Below, piece after piece: positions 1 to 6,825 of a stretch of DNA of 30,409 bases. This DNA is from a virus. Within the stretch, counting starts at the first letter, position 1. Each line of letters begins with the position of its first letter. The stretch covers positions 1-30,409 of IMG/VR virus record IMGVR_UViG_3300044675_004870; one strand, written 5' to 3'. The notes under the pieces are model-generated. The model did not search any database. It saw only the letters and a list, made by a program, of their open reading frames with translations, and was not told the origin of the DNA. A program made the translations under genes and the position numbers.

Positions 1-120
1 TTGAGCACCTGTTGCACCTTGAGCACCTTGCGCTCCAGTCGTACCACCACCAGCTCCAACCCAGTTACCGCTAGAGTCGATTACTTCACCGTAACCAGCA
101 ATGCTTAATTGAACTGTGGT
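1..120. repeat. Terminal overlap: bases 1-120 are identical to 30290-30409, giving a circular or terminally redundant unit of 30,289 bp
   Basis: Direct comparison of the first and last 120 nt (ttgagcacctgttgcacc...attgaactgtggt) shows identity throughout. Confidence 0.95.
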
Positions 121-294
121 AGTTTCTGCTGCTGTTATGTTTACTTCGGTTCTACTAACTTCGATAGGCATTTCATCACCTACACCATCAGTAAGTGGCT
201 TAAGTGCATTAGTTAAACCTTCGGAACCTTTATCACCAATACCAACTACAGAAGGATATGTCTCGTAGATGTATTTGTTAGTTAAATCTGCCAT
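1..294 (-). CDS. Collagen-like tail fiber 2, N-terminal part. Same gene as 28874..30409 across the junction; the full gene is 1710 nt, about 569 aa
   Basis: ATG at 294-292 on the minus strand. Translation MADLTNKYIYETYPSVVGIGDKGSEGLTNALKPLTDGVGDEMPIEVS...[22 protein letters not shown] runs off base 1 in the same frame as the G-X-Y frame entering at 30409. Absent from the ORF track because it has no in-window stop. Confidence 0.8.
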   Translation of the reverse strand, partial: MADLTNKYIYETYPSVVGIGDKGSEGLTNALKPLTDGVGDEMPIEVSRTEVNITAAETTTVQLSIAGYGEVIDSSGNWVGAGGGTTGAQGAQGATGAQ

Positions 295-319
295 GTGTTA
301 TATTATTTTCTTTTTAATT

Positions 320-1999
320 TTATGATACTGTTACTGAATCGATCCAAATGTAAGGTTGAGACCATCCACTAATTACATTAACGCATAATTTTATGTAACC
401 ACCTGATAAAGCTTCTACTTCACTACCAGTTAATGTATATGTATGATTTGTCCAAGTTGGTTGCAACGAAATATTTTCAGTATAGAATAAATCTCCTTTT
501 GCTTCAGTTGTACCATTAGATAAAGCCATATTAATAGGTTGTATACCTACAGTTATAGTAGGAGCTGAAGCTGGAGATTGAGCTCTAATTGTAAAAGTCA
601 TTGGTGTATTAGAACCACTAGGAATATAAACATTTTTAATAGGAACTTGAACGAATTCGCTACTACCTACATTAGCGAAAGCTCTATGAATTCTTAAAGA
701 ATTTGTACCAGTATCATATACAGTTGGATCTGCAAAAATAGTAGTAGCATTTTGAAATAAAATCTTTTCACCTTCTGAATCATAAACAAAACTTGACGTT
801 TTAGTAAGTGTAGCACTGTATGCTGCTGTACTTAAAGGCCAGTTATCTACGTTAGAAGATGGTGCTATAATTTGTGCATCTAATGAATTACTAAATATAA
901 TAAATTTTTGAGAAGCAGATGACATTGTAGGATATTCTACTATATTTCTAACTATACTATTAGGACTTTGATAATCAAATAATATTACATAGGCTAAAGT
1001 AGATTCTGGGGTTGGTTGTATCCATTCAATATTAAAATTATCAATATCATAAGTACCAACACCTAAAAGCGAAGAACCTCTTGCAGCATTTACTTGCTTA
1101 AACCAAAAATTATTTATTTTAACTAAAGCACCAGCAGCACTATTAATTACATTACCACTAGTTTGTACGTGCCAATCCCATAAATTGTTAATTACTAAAG
1201 TTTTAGTTTGATATGTGAATGCTTGATTTAAAGTTATAGAACTACTTTGAGTAGCCCAACTGATATTACAACCAGTAGAAGCGTGGTAATAATCTAAAGA
1301 ACCAACAAAAAATCCACTAAATGAAAACCATAAATTACCCATATTAACTTGTAGTCCAATAGGTGCGCTTGGTAAAACAGCATTTGAACTTGCTAAGTTA
1401 ACAAAAGCAAAATTATTAAAAGTAATTCCATTTAACCATAAATTATTAACAGTTCTAAATGCTGTACCAGATTGTGTTGTTGCAGAAGTATTAATAAAAA
1501 CGGTGACACCATCTTGTGCTGTAAATCCATTTGTCCAACCTCCTTGAATGTTAAAATTCTGCTTATTAGTAGTAATTGCAGACAAACTTTCTAGATCTGT
1601 ATTAGCAACTGTAGCTACATAATGATTTGTGTCTAGTCTTTCAGCTTGTGCTCCAGAAACTACATTTCCAGATAAACCTAAATTAACTGTTAGAGCTATA
1701 CTACTAACTGCAATTACTCTTAAAAAGATGCTTCTATTACCAAAAACTGGATCTTTAATAGCAATAACGCTATTTACTGGCACAATTCCAGTTAAATCTT
1801 GAGATGTAGCAATACTATTAGTGCTACCACCATAAGTTAAAGTTCCTGGAATGTTTACCCAAGATCCTCCAGCAACATTAACTGTGTCTCCGCCAGTACC
1901 AACTTGCATTGCTTTTAAAACTGATTTGTATGGGTTTGCAATAGTACCATCTCCAGTAGTATCGTTACCCGTTAAATTATCTGTATACCAAGTAGCCAT
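320..1999 (-). CDS. Tailspike-like protein, putative right-handed beta-helix (pectate-lyase-fold) depolymerase with a C-terminal beta-sandwich-like domain
   Basis: 559-aa ORF. The N-terminus (TGNDTTGDGTIANPYKSVLKAMQVGTGGDTVNVAGGSW) resembles the start of parallel beta-helix proteins. The body is N/S/T-rich and repetitive. It lies between fiber genes. Sampled 60-nt lines give about 32% GC. Confidence 0.5.
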   Translation of the reverse strand: MATWYTDNLTGNDTTGDGTIANPYKSVLKAMQVGTGGDTVNVAGGSWVNIPGTLTYGGSTNSIATSQDLTGIVPVNSVIAIKDPVFGNRSIFLRVIAVSSIALTVNLGLSGNVVSGAQAERLDTNHYVATVANTDLESLSAITTNKQNFNIQGGWTNGFTAQDGVTVFINTSATTQSGTAFRTVNNLWLNGITFNNFAFVNLASSNAVLPSAPIGLQVNMGNLWFSFSGFFVGSLDYYHASTGCNISWATQSSSITLNQAFTYQTKTLVINNLWDWHVQTSGNVINSAAGALVKINNFWFKQVNAARGSSLLGVGTYDIDNFNIEWIQPTPESTLAYVILFDYQSPNSIVRNIVEYPTMSSASQKFIIFSNSLDAQIIAPSSNVDNWPLSTAAYSATLTKTSSFVYDSEGEKILFQNATTIFADPTVYDTGTNSLRIHRAFANVGSSEFVQVPIKNVYIPSGSNTPMTFTIRAQSPASAPTITVGIQPINMALSNGTTEAKGDLFYTENISLQPTWTNHTYTLTGSEVEALSGGYIKLCVNVISGWSQPYIWIDSVTVS

Positions 2000-2002
2000 G
2001 TC

Positions 2003-2212
2003 TTATTTTAATTTTATATTTAGTCCCGATGTTGAGTAAACATTTTGTCCAGCGCTTGATTCGTTTAAAATGTTATTTAAACCACTAGTCAACCAGGTAG
2101 TTTGTACGCTAGTAGTAGGCCAAATTTGAGTAGATCCTCTATAGATCTTGCTTAATTGGTCAGTACCTCTGTATGCTATAACGAGTGTATCGCTGCCTAT
2201 TTTTATCGCCAT
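2003..2212 (-). CDS. Small hypothetical protein in the fiber module
   Basis: 69-aa ORF whose ATG overlaps the stop of the upstream fiber gene (TAATG coupling at 2212). Confidence 0.55.
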   Translation of the reverse strand: MAIKIGSDTLVIAYRGTDQLSKIYRGSTQIWPTTSVQTTWLTSGLNNILNESSAGQNVYSTSGLNIKLK

Positions 2213-3516
2213 TAGTCAATAAAGTATATTGTTGCTGCGTCATAGGTACCTAAAGCATCATATTGTACTTGAGTACCTGACCACACTGAGTTAATTGTAT
2301 TAGGTCCAGTAGAACTAATAGGTCCAACTGCTCCTTGAGCACCTGTATCACCTTGAGCACCTGTAGGACCTGGATCGCCTTGCGCACCTTGTGCTCCAGT
2401 TTCACCTTTGTTACCAACAACACCAACTGTAGTTAATACGTAAGAATAGTATTGTACACCTTGAGTGTACCAAGTTATGTTATGTGTAGTTGAATCCAAG
2501 TTACTTACGTAGATTTTAACAATCATTCTATAAGTAGGATCAACAATAGTAGTAGGCAAAGTTAAATCTGTAGTAACTTCAGCTGGTGTAGAAACATCAA
2601 CCCAACCAATAAGAGCACTACCACTTGTAATCACTGGACCAACTGGAGTTCCTAAAGAATCTGTCAATTGAAGTGTTACGTAAGTCTCAATATTATCGTT
2701 TGATGCAGGTTTTAAGAAGTGAAAATGGAATCTTTGAGTTCCACCAGGAATTACAGCAAAACCAAGTTCTGGTGTAATAAATTCTTGTACTAAAAGACCA
2801 GTTTGATTACTAGTTAAAGTTTTTAATATTGTCTGTTGAGCACCACTTGGAATAGTTGAAATTACTTTGTATGGTGTGATCTCTGAGCTTTCTGATTCAT
2901 TGAAGTAGTATGTTGCGCCTGCGGAAATTCCAGCAGCACCTTGAGCTCCTGTCGCACCGACTTCGCCTTTAGCACCAGTAGCACCTTGCGCGCCTTCGAT
3001 ACCTTGAGCTCCAGCAACGCCTTGTGCACCAGTTGCACCAACATCACCTTTATCACCTTGTACACCAATATCTCCTTGAGCTCCTTGAGCTCCTTCAATT
3101 CCTTGAGCACCTTGAGGTCCAGTAGCACCAGCAACGCCTTGTGCTCCAGTAGCACCAGCAATACCTTGCGCACCTTGTGGTCCAGCAATGCCTTGTGCAC
3201 CAGTTGCACCAACTTCACCTTTGTCTCCTTTTGCACCTGCATCTCCTTGAGCTCCAGTTGCTCCTTGAGCACCTTCAGCACCTTGTGCACCTTGTGCACC
3301 AGTTGGTCCTGGAGGTACAACTAAACCTGTAACTGTTGCGTTAGTAAAATCTTGATCACCGCTCCAGTTAATTCCTTGTGTACCAACTTCCATTGGCAAT
3401 AAGTTACCAGCACCATCACTTAAAGTAACTGGTGTAGTATCTATGGGCGCACTATTACTAGTCTTGATCAGACCTTCGTACGTGGTAGCGACTGTTTGTC
3501 CTTTTAATCCTGACAT
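2212..3516 (-). CDS. Collagen-like tail fiber 1
   Basis: 434 aa. N-terminal anchor, then a long uninterrupted G-X-Y run (about nt 2925-3309, [16 protein letters not shown]...), a globular middle domain, a second short G-X-Y run (about nt 2321-2415) and a small C-terminal domain (...[23 protein letters not shown]). Confidence 0.85.
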   Translation of the reverse strand: MSGLKGQTVATTYEGLIKTSNSAPIDTTPVTLSDGAGNLLPMEVGTQGINWSGDQDFTNATVTGLVVPPGPTGAQGAQGAEGAQGATGAQGDAGAKGDKGEVGATGAQGIAGPQGAQGIAGATGAQGVAGATGPQGAQGIEGAQGAQGDIGVQGDKGDVGATGAQGVAGAQGIEGAQGATGAKGEVGATGAQGAAGISAGATYYFNESESSEITPYKVISTIPSGAQQTILKTLTSNQTGLLVQEFITPELGFAVIPGGTQRFHFHFLKPASNDNIETYVTLQLTDSLGTPVGPVITSGSALIGWVDVSTPAEVTTDLTLPTTIVDPTYRMIVKIYVSNLDSTTHNITWYTQGVQYYSYVLTTVGVVGNKGETGAQGAQGDPGPTGAQGDTGAQGAVGPISSTGPNTINSVWSGTQVQYDALGTYDAATIYFID

Positions 3517-3537
3517 ATTTTATTTATATTTTTATTT

Positions 3538-4110
3538 TTAATTACATTGATCCCATACAAATGTCTGGTTTTGCCACTCACCTGTCATTGGCCAAATTGG
3601 ACAAGTTGGAGGTTGAATACCACAATTCCATGTAAATGTAGAGTATTTCCAAATATCTGGTACATTCCACGTAGCACATTCAGCATCATCTCTTGTTAAG
3701 TAAACTACGTTTCTCTCTGGATCATTGTCCGAAATGTAGACTACATCGATGCTTTCAGGTACAGTGTTCTCTAGGTAAGCTTGTCCTTCGTCTAATAGGT
3801 AACCATAAGCTGGATCCAAGGTCACTGTGTCAATAGCCCAAAGTTTGTAATCGTAATTACCACTTGGGGACAGTCTGATCACACCGTTTTCTGGATCTAT
3901 TAAGTAATCTTGTTTGACTAGTTCAATGCTGAACCTGGTGTATCTGGTGTTTTGGGTGACAATTTGAGGTATTACATACGTCCATACATTTGTAAAACCG
4001 TTCTTAAAACCAAATAAGAATAAGTTAGACGCGTACGGAATATCAGGATTCAATGTGTTAAGGTACACAATGACATCGTCGTTTACCGTAAGATTCTGAA
4101 GATTGATCAT
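3538..4110 (-). CDS. Hypothetical virion-module protein with a Trp/Cys-rich C-terminus
   Basis: 190-aa ORF directly downstream of promoter-like motif copy P1. The C-terminus is ...CATWNVPDIWKYSTFTWNCGIQPPTCPIWPMTGEWQNQTFVWDQCN. Confidence 0.6.
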   Translation of the reverse strand: MINLQNLTVNDDVIVYLNTLNPDIPYASNLFLFGFKNGFTNVWTYVIPQIVTQNTRYTRFSIELVKQDYLIDPENGVIRLSPSGNYDYKLWAIDTVTLDPAYGYLLDEGQAYLENTVPESIDVVYISDNDPERNVVYLTRDDAECATWNVPDIWKYSTFTWNCGIQPPTCPIWPMTGEWQNQTFVWDQCN

Positions 4111-4118
4111 TTACGCTC

Positions 4119-4157
4119 GTCTTTTTCTTTAAATATTCTTATCTCAAGATTTGACAC
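4119..4157 (-). promoter_or_regulatory. Promoter-like motif copy P1 (minus strand: GTGTCA-N14-AATATTTAAAGAAAAAGAC)
   Basis: The 19-mer gtctttttctttaaatatt (4119-4137) is identical to 19049-19067. The upstream box tgacac is at 4152-4157. The motif ends 8 nt before the ATG at 4110. Confidence 0.5.
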
Positions 4158-4158
4158 A

Positions 4159-4188
4159 ACAAAAAAGGGATGCCTTTCGACATCCCTT
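4159..4188 (-). terminator. Rho-independent terminator downstream of 4213..4743
   Basis: Minus-strand RNA aagggaugUC-GAAA-GGcaucccuu followed by UUUUUU. One stem position is G.U on the minus strand but a C-A mismatch on the plus strand. Confidence 0.75.
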
Positions 4189-4212
4189 CATTTAAAGATA
4201 GATTAGATCTGA

Positions 4213-4743
4213 TTATGCGTTCACTACAGTGATACCAGTTACTACGTCAGCCAAAGTATCGCCAGCAGCGAGAGGTTGAGCAGCAGCAGGTTCTTGTGCT
4301 GTGAATGATAAAGTGTAACCATTTAAGTCAGATACTAAAGTGCCAGAGGCAGCAGAAGATGCTGACATAACCGCACCTCTAGTAAGACCCATGATCCAAG
4401 TGATATCGTTGTTGTCAACGAAAGCAATTCTTAAGTCTCTGTTTTGAGCTAAAAGAAGGATAGAATTTCTCTTATCTGCTTCCATTTTCTGAAGAACGAT
4501 GGTTAAAACACCTTCGTAGAAAACAGTACCATTTACGTTTGAAACGTTGATAGCTTCATTGAAGAACGCTGTATCCTTTGCAAGTTGGAATTCGTAGAAC
4601 GAACCAGAACCGTTGATGTCTGTGATTTCACCACCAGCAGCTACAGTACTAGTAATTTCACCTGCCAAGAAGTAAGCTGTCTTCAAACCACCGATGGAAT
4701 TCATACAATCCAAAGGTAAAGCCGAATTAATTAAACAAGCCAT
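4213..4743 (-). CDS. Putative major tail (tube) protein
   Basis: 176-aa ORF immediately after the capsid gene, bracketed by hairpins, with the same codon style as the capsid gene. The call rests on overall sequence character, not a specific motif. Confidence 0.4.
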   Translation of the reverse strand: MACLINSALPLDCMNSIGGLKTAYFLAGEITSTVAAGGEITDINGSGSFYEFQLAKDTAFFNEAINVSNVNGTVFYEGVLTIVLQKMEADKRNSILLLAQNRDLRIAFVDNNDITWIMGLTRGAVMSASSAASGTLVSDLNGYTLSFTAQEPAAAQPLAAGDTLADVVTGITVVNA

Positions 4744-4771
4744 ATTGTAATTATTTTTTTTTAATTTTTAT

Positions 4772-4795
4772 AAGAGGGGACCGAAGTCCCCTCTT
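4772..4795 (-). terminator. Stable hairpin between the capsid and tail-tube genes; partial terminator or RNA stabiliser
   Basis: Perfect 10-bp stem aagaggggac/gtcccctctt with a 4-nt loop that reads UUCG on minus-strand RNA. No U-tract follows on the minus strand. Confidence 0.5.
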
Positions 4796-4808
4796 TCTTG
4801 GAGGTTTA

Positions 4809-5747
4809 TTATGCTACAGTTGATACGAACTGAGAAGCGTAAGCTGCAGTTCCTAACTTGAACTTGGCCATGAAGTTAACCTGATCTTGTGAAGGATCGT
4901 AGTAGAATCTGAATGCATCTTGGTCGTTGATGATACCAGTACCCATGTACATGTATTTCTTAGGACCTAAGATAACTGCAGAATCACCAGCTGGATCAAC
5001 GATACCAGGAGCAGCGAAAACTTTGATGTTAGTACCTGGGAAGATGAAAGAAGATTCAGCTTGACCAGCTACGTTGTTGATGTTAGGGTATTGCAACAAG
5101 ATAGAGTTACCAGTTGCGATAAGACCTTGAGTCAACTTAGAGTAAGTAGAGTATGACATGTAAGCTACTAAGTCATCTTCTTGCTTCAATGCAACTGGAA
5201 GCAAGTCGATCATAGTCCACATATTTGCAACAGCTGTGTTAGCCGCCCATGCAGCAGAAACAGAAGTAGCGTCAACAGCACCTTCAGCAACTGAAGTTTG
5301 GAACAAAAGACCGTCCAAAGTTGCACCGTCACCAGCCCATAGAGTAGATTCAACGTATTTGTTGATTTCTCTTACTTTCAAGTTAGCGATAGCTTCTTCG
5401 AAAGGAACTGACTCGTGGTAAGCAGAAGGAGACAATTGGCTAGACAACCAGTAGTCGTAAAGTGAGTCAGGGCAAAGTGTTTCTTTCAACATCTTAGCAG
5501 CAACTACGATAGGCAATTGAGTGAAGATAGTTGAGTTTGTACCAGTTTGACCAGAACCGAATCCACAAGTTGCATCTAAGATGTCAACGTTTGCGTCAAG
5601 GATGTTCAAATTGGTAGTTCCAGCAGTTAAACCTGCTTTAACAGTAAGATTGTTCACAGTTTGTGGCTTCAAAAGAGCCTTAGTGATCAAATCAGTTTGT
5701 GAGGTTTGGTCGACGTATGTAGTCAAACCAGATAAATTAAAACTCAT
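4809..5747 (-). CDS. Major capsid protein
   Basis: 312-aa ORF directly after the acidic scaffold-like gene, with a hairpin downstream. Size and composition are typical of HK97-fold capsid proteins. Confidence 0.7.
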   Translation of the reverse strand: MSFNLSGLTTYVDQTSQTDLITKALLKPQTVNNLTVKAGLTAGTTNLNILDANVDILDATCGFGSGQTGTNSTIFTQLPIVVAAKMLKETLCPDSLYDYWLSSQLSPSAYHESVPFEEAIANLKVREINKYVESTLWAGDGATLDGLLFQTSVAEGAVDATSVSAAWAANTAVANMWTMIDLLPVALKQEDDLVAYMSYSTYSKLTQGLIATGNSILLQYPNINNVAGQAESSFIFPGTNIKVFAAPGIVDPAGDSAVILGPKKYMYMGTGIINDQDAFRFYYDPSQDQVNFMAKFKLGTAAYASQFVSTVA

Positions 5748-5779
5748 GATTAATTGTTTTTATTTTTGATTGATTTAGT

Positions 5780-6379
5780 TTACTTTTTTAAGCTCTTAAT
5801 GAACTCTAATTTTGCTTCGATTGAATCGAATTTTTCTGGAGTAGCAGTAGTTACTTTAGGAGCAGCACCAGCAGCAGGAGCTTTAGAGAACTTTTCCATT
5901 TTAGTTTTCATAGCACCCATTTCTTCTTTAATGGCACCTACTTCTTTAGCAACCTCTTCAACTACTTCGAAGATCATTTTCATCTTCTCAGCAATCTTTT
6001 CTTCGATTACTTCCATTACTTTTTCTTCCATTGCAACGTCAACTTTGTCTTCAGTAACGACTTCTTCGCCAGCTACTTCAACAACATCTTCTGCAACTTC
6101 AGGAGCTTCAGCTTCAGGTGTTTCACCTTCAGAAGATACTTCCATAATTGTACCAGTCTCATCGACTTCGATTTCGATACCGCCTTCTAGTTTGTGTTCA
6201 CCTGCTGGAGCGGGAGTCTTGGTAGTTCCGTCTTCAGAAACAATAAATACAGGAAAACCTGGCTCTAATCTTTCATACTCAACAACTGTTACGCCGTCGA
6301 TCAACTTCGCTACTTCCAACTTAACTTCCATGCCAAGAACCTCGCGGATTTGGTTTAACTTAAGTTTGTACATAGTCAT
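5780..6379 (-). CDS. Scaffolding protein
   Basis: 199 aa, strongly acidic and E/K/V-rich with a helical character, placed between the protease and capsid genes. Confidence 0.65.
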   Translation of the reverse strand: MTMYKLKLNQIREVLGMEVKLEVAKLIDGVTVVEYERLEPGFPVFIVSEDGTTKTPAPAGEHKLEGGIEIEVDETGTIMEVSSEGETPEAEAPEVAEDVVEVAGEEVVTEDKVDVAMEEKVMEVIEEKIAEKMKMIFEVVEEVAKEVGAIKEEMGAMKTKMEKFSKAPAAGAAPKVTTATPEKFDSIEAKLEFIKSLKK

Positions 6380-6416
6380 ATTATTTTTATTTAAAACATG
6401 GGCTTCGCCCTTTATT

Positions 6417-6445
6417 GTAAATATTTATACTTTTCACCCTGACAC
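6417..6445 (-). promoter_or_regulatory. Promoter-like motif copy P5 (GTGTCA-N14-AATATTTAC)
   Basis: aaatatt at 6419-6425 and tgacac at 6440-6445, the same 14-nt spacing as P1. It lies 40 nt upstream of the scaffold ATG. Confidence 0.45.
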
Positions 6446-6451
6446 ATCTCG

Positions 6452-6481
6452 CTTAAATATACTACTAGTGAGTTTTGAAAC
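6452..6481 (-). promoter_or_regulatory. Promoter-like motif copy P6 (GTTTCA-N15-ATATTTAAG), in tandem with P5
   Basis: cttaaatat at 6452-6460 and tgaaac at 6476-6481. Spacing is identical to P3. The upstream box overlaps TTGAAA (6475-6480) of the plus-facing repeat copy A. Confidence 0.45.
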
Positions 6482-6561
6482 AGAAATGAGCAACTAGCAT
6501 ATAAAGTAGGGTTTAACGTCCAAACAAGGTTTAAAGGGGAGACAAGGACTCAACTCAAGAT
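6475..6561 (+). repeat. Inverted-repeat copy A of a promoter/leader-like block; partner at 28200..28300
   Basis: 6493-6547 is the exact reverse complement of 28228-28282 (55 bp), and 6475-6486 pairs with 28289-28300. TTGAAA-N19-TATAAA sits at 6475-6505. The block ends at the ATG of ORF 6562. Confidence 0.9.
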
Positions 6562-6756
6562 ATGAAACACTTCTTAAAATATACTTTAGTCTGGATTAGT
6601 CAGAACTTGTCTATTCCATTTTGGATGGTAGGACATGTTCACCTATCAGTAAATGTTTATGAAGATTTATATGAGATCCTAATGAGCTTAGGAATGAATA
6701 TTATAGTAGCTGTTGGATTCCTTATTGATTACTTAGAAACAAGAAAAAGGGGCTAA
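6562..6756 (+). CDS. Small hydrophobic protein, the only plausible plus-strand gene
   Basis: 64-aa ORF starting right at the end of repeat copy A. It has a hydrophobic stretch (LMSLGMNIIVAVGFLIDYL). Its stop codon lies in the loop of hairpin 6747-6767. Confidence 0.4.
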   Translation: MKHFLKYTLVWISQNLSIPFWMVGHVHLSVNVYEDLYEILMSLGMNIIVAVGFLIDYLETRKRG

Positions 6757-6767
6757 GAAAGCCCCTT
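6744..6767 (-). terminator. Rho-independent terminator after the protease-fusion gene
   Basis: Stem aaggggc/gcccctt (6747-6753 and 6761-6767) with a 7-nt loop. On the minus strand it is followed by UUUUUCUUGUUU; no U-tract follows on the plus strand. Confidence 0.65.
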
Positions 6768-6825
6768 AATCAATAACCTAAAGAATAAACTATAATGAAA
6801 CACCGTAAAGGTGAGAACAGTATAT

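Noticed and set aside
1-120. Interpreting the 120-bp end repeat as a biologically defined direct terminal repeat
   Set aside because: The sequence alone cannot decide this. An exact overlap in the middle of a gene fits assembly of a circular or permuted genome better, so I report it only as an overlap.
2862-3324. ORFs 2862..3320 (-) and 2941..3324 (+) inside fiber 1
   Set aside because: They are alternative frames of the G-X-Y-coding repeat and translate to monotonous L/K/V/Q or S/T/C/L strings. The collagen frame is the only one continuous with the flanking domains.
5754-6497. 247-aa plus-strand ORF antisense to the scaffold gene
   Set aside because: It is a Ser/Thr/Ile-rich low-complexity translation, the mirror image of the E/K/V-rich scaffold gene on the other strand. 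It also runs through the promoter-like region. This is a typical shadow ORF.
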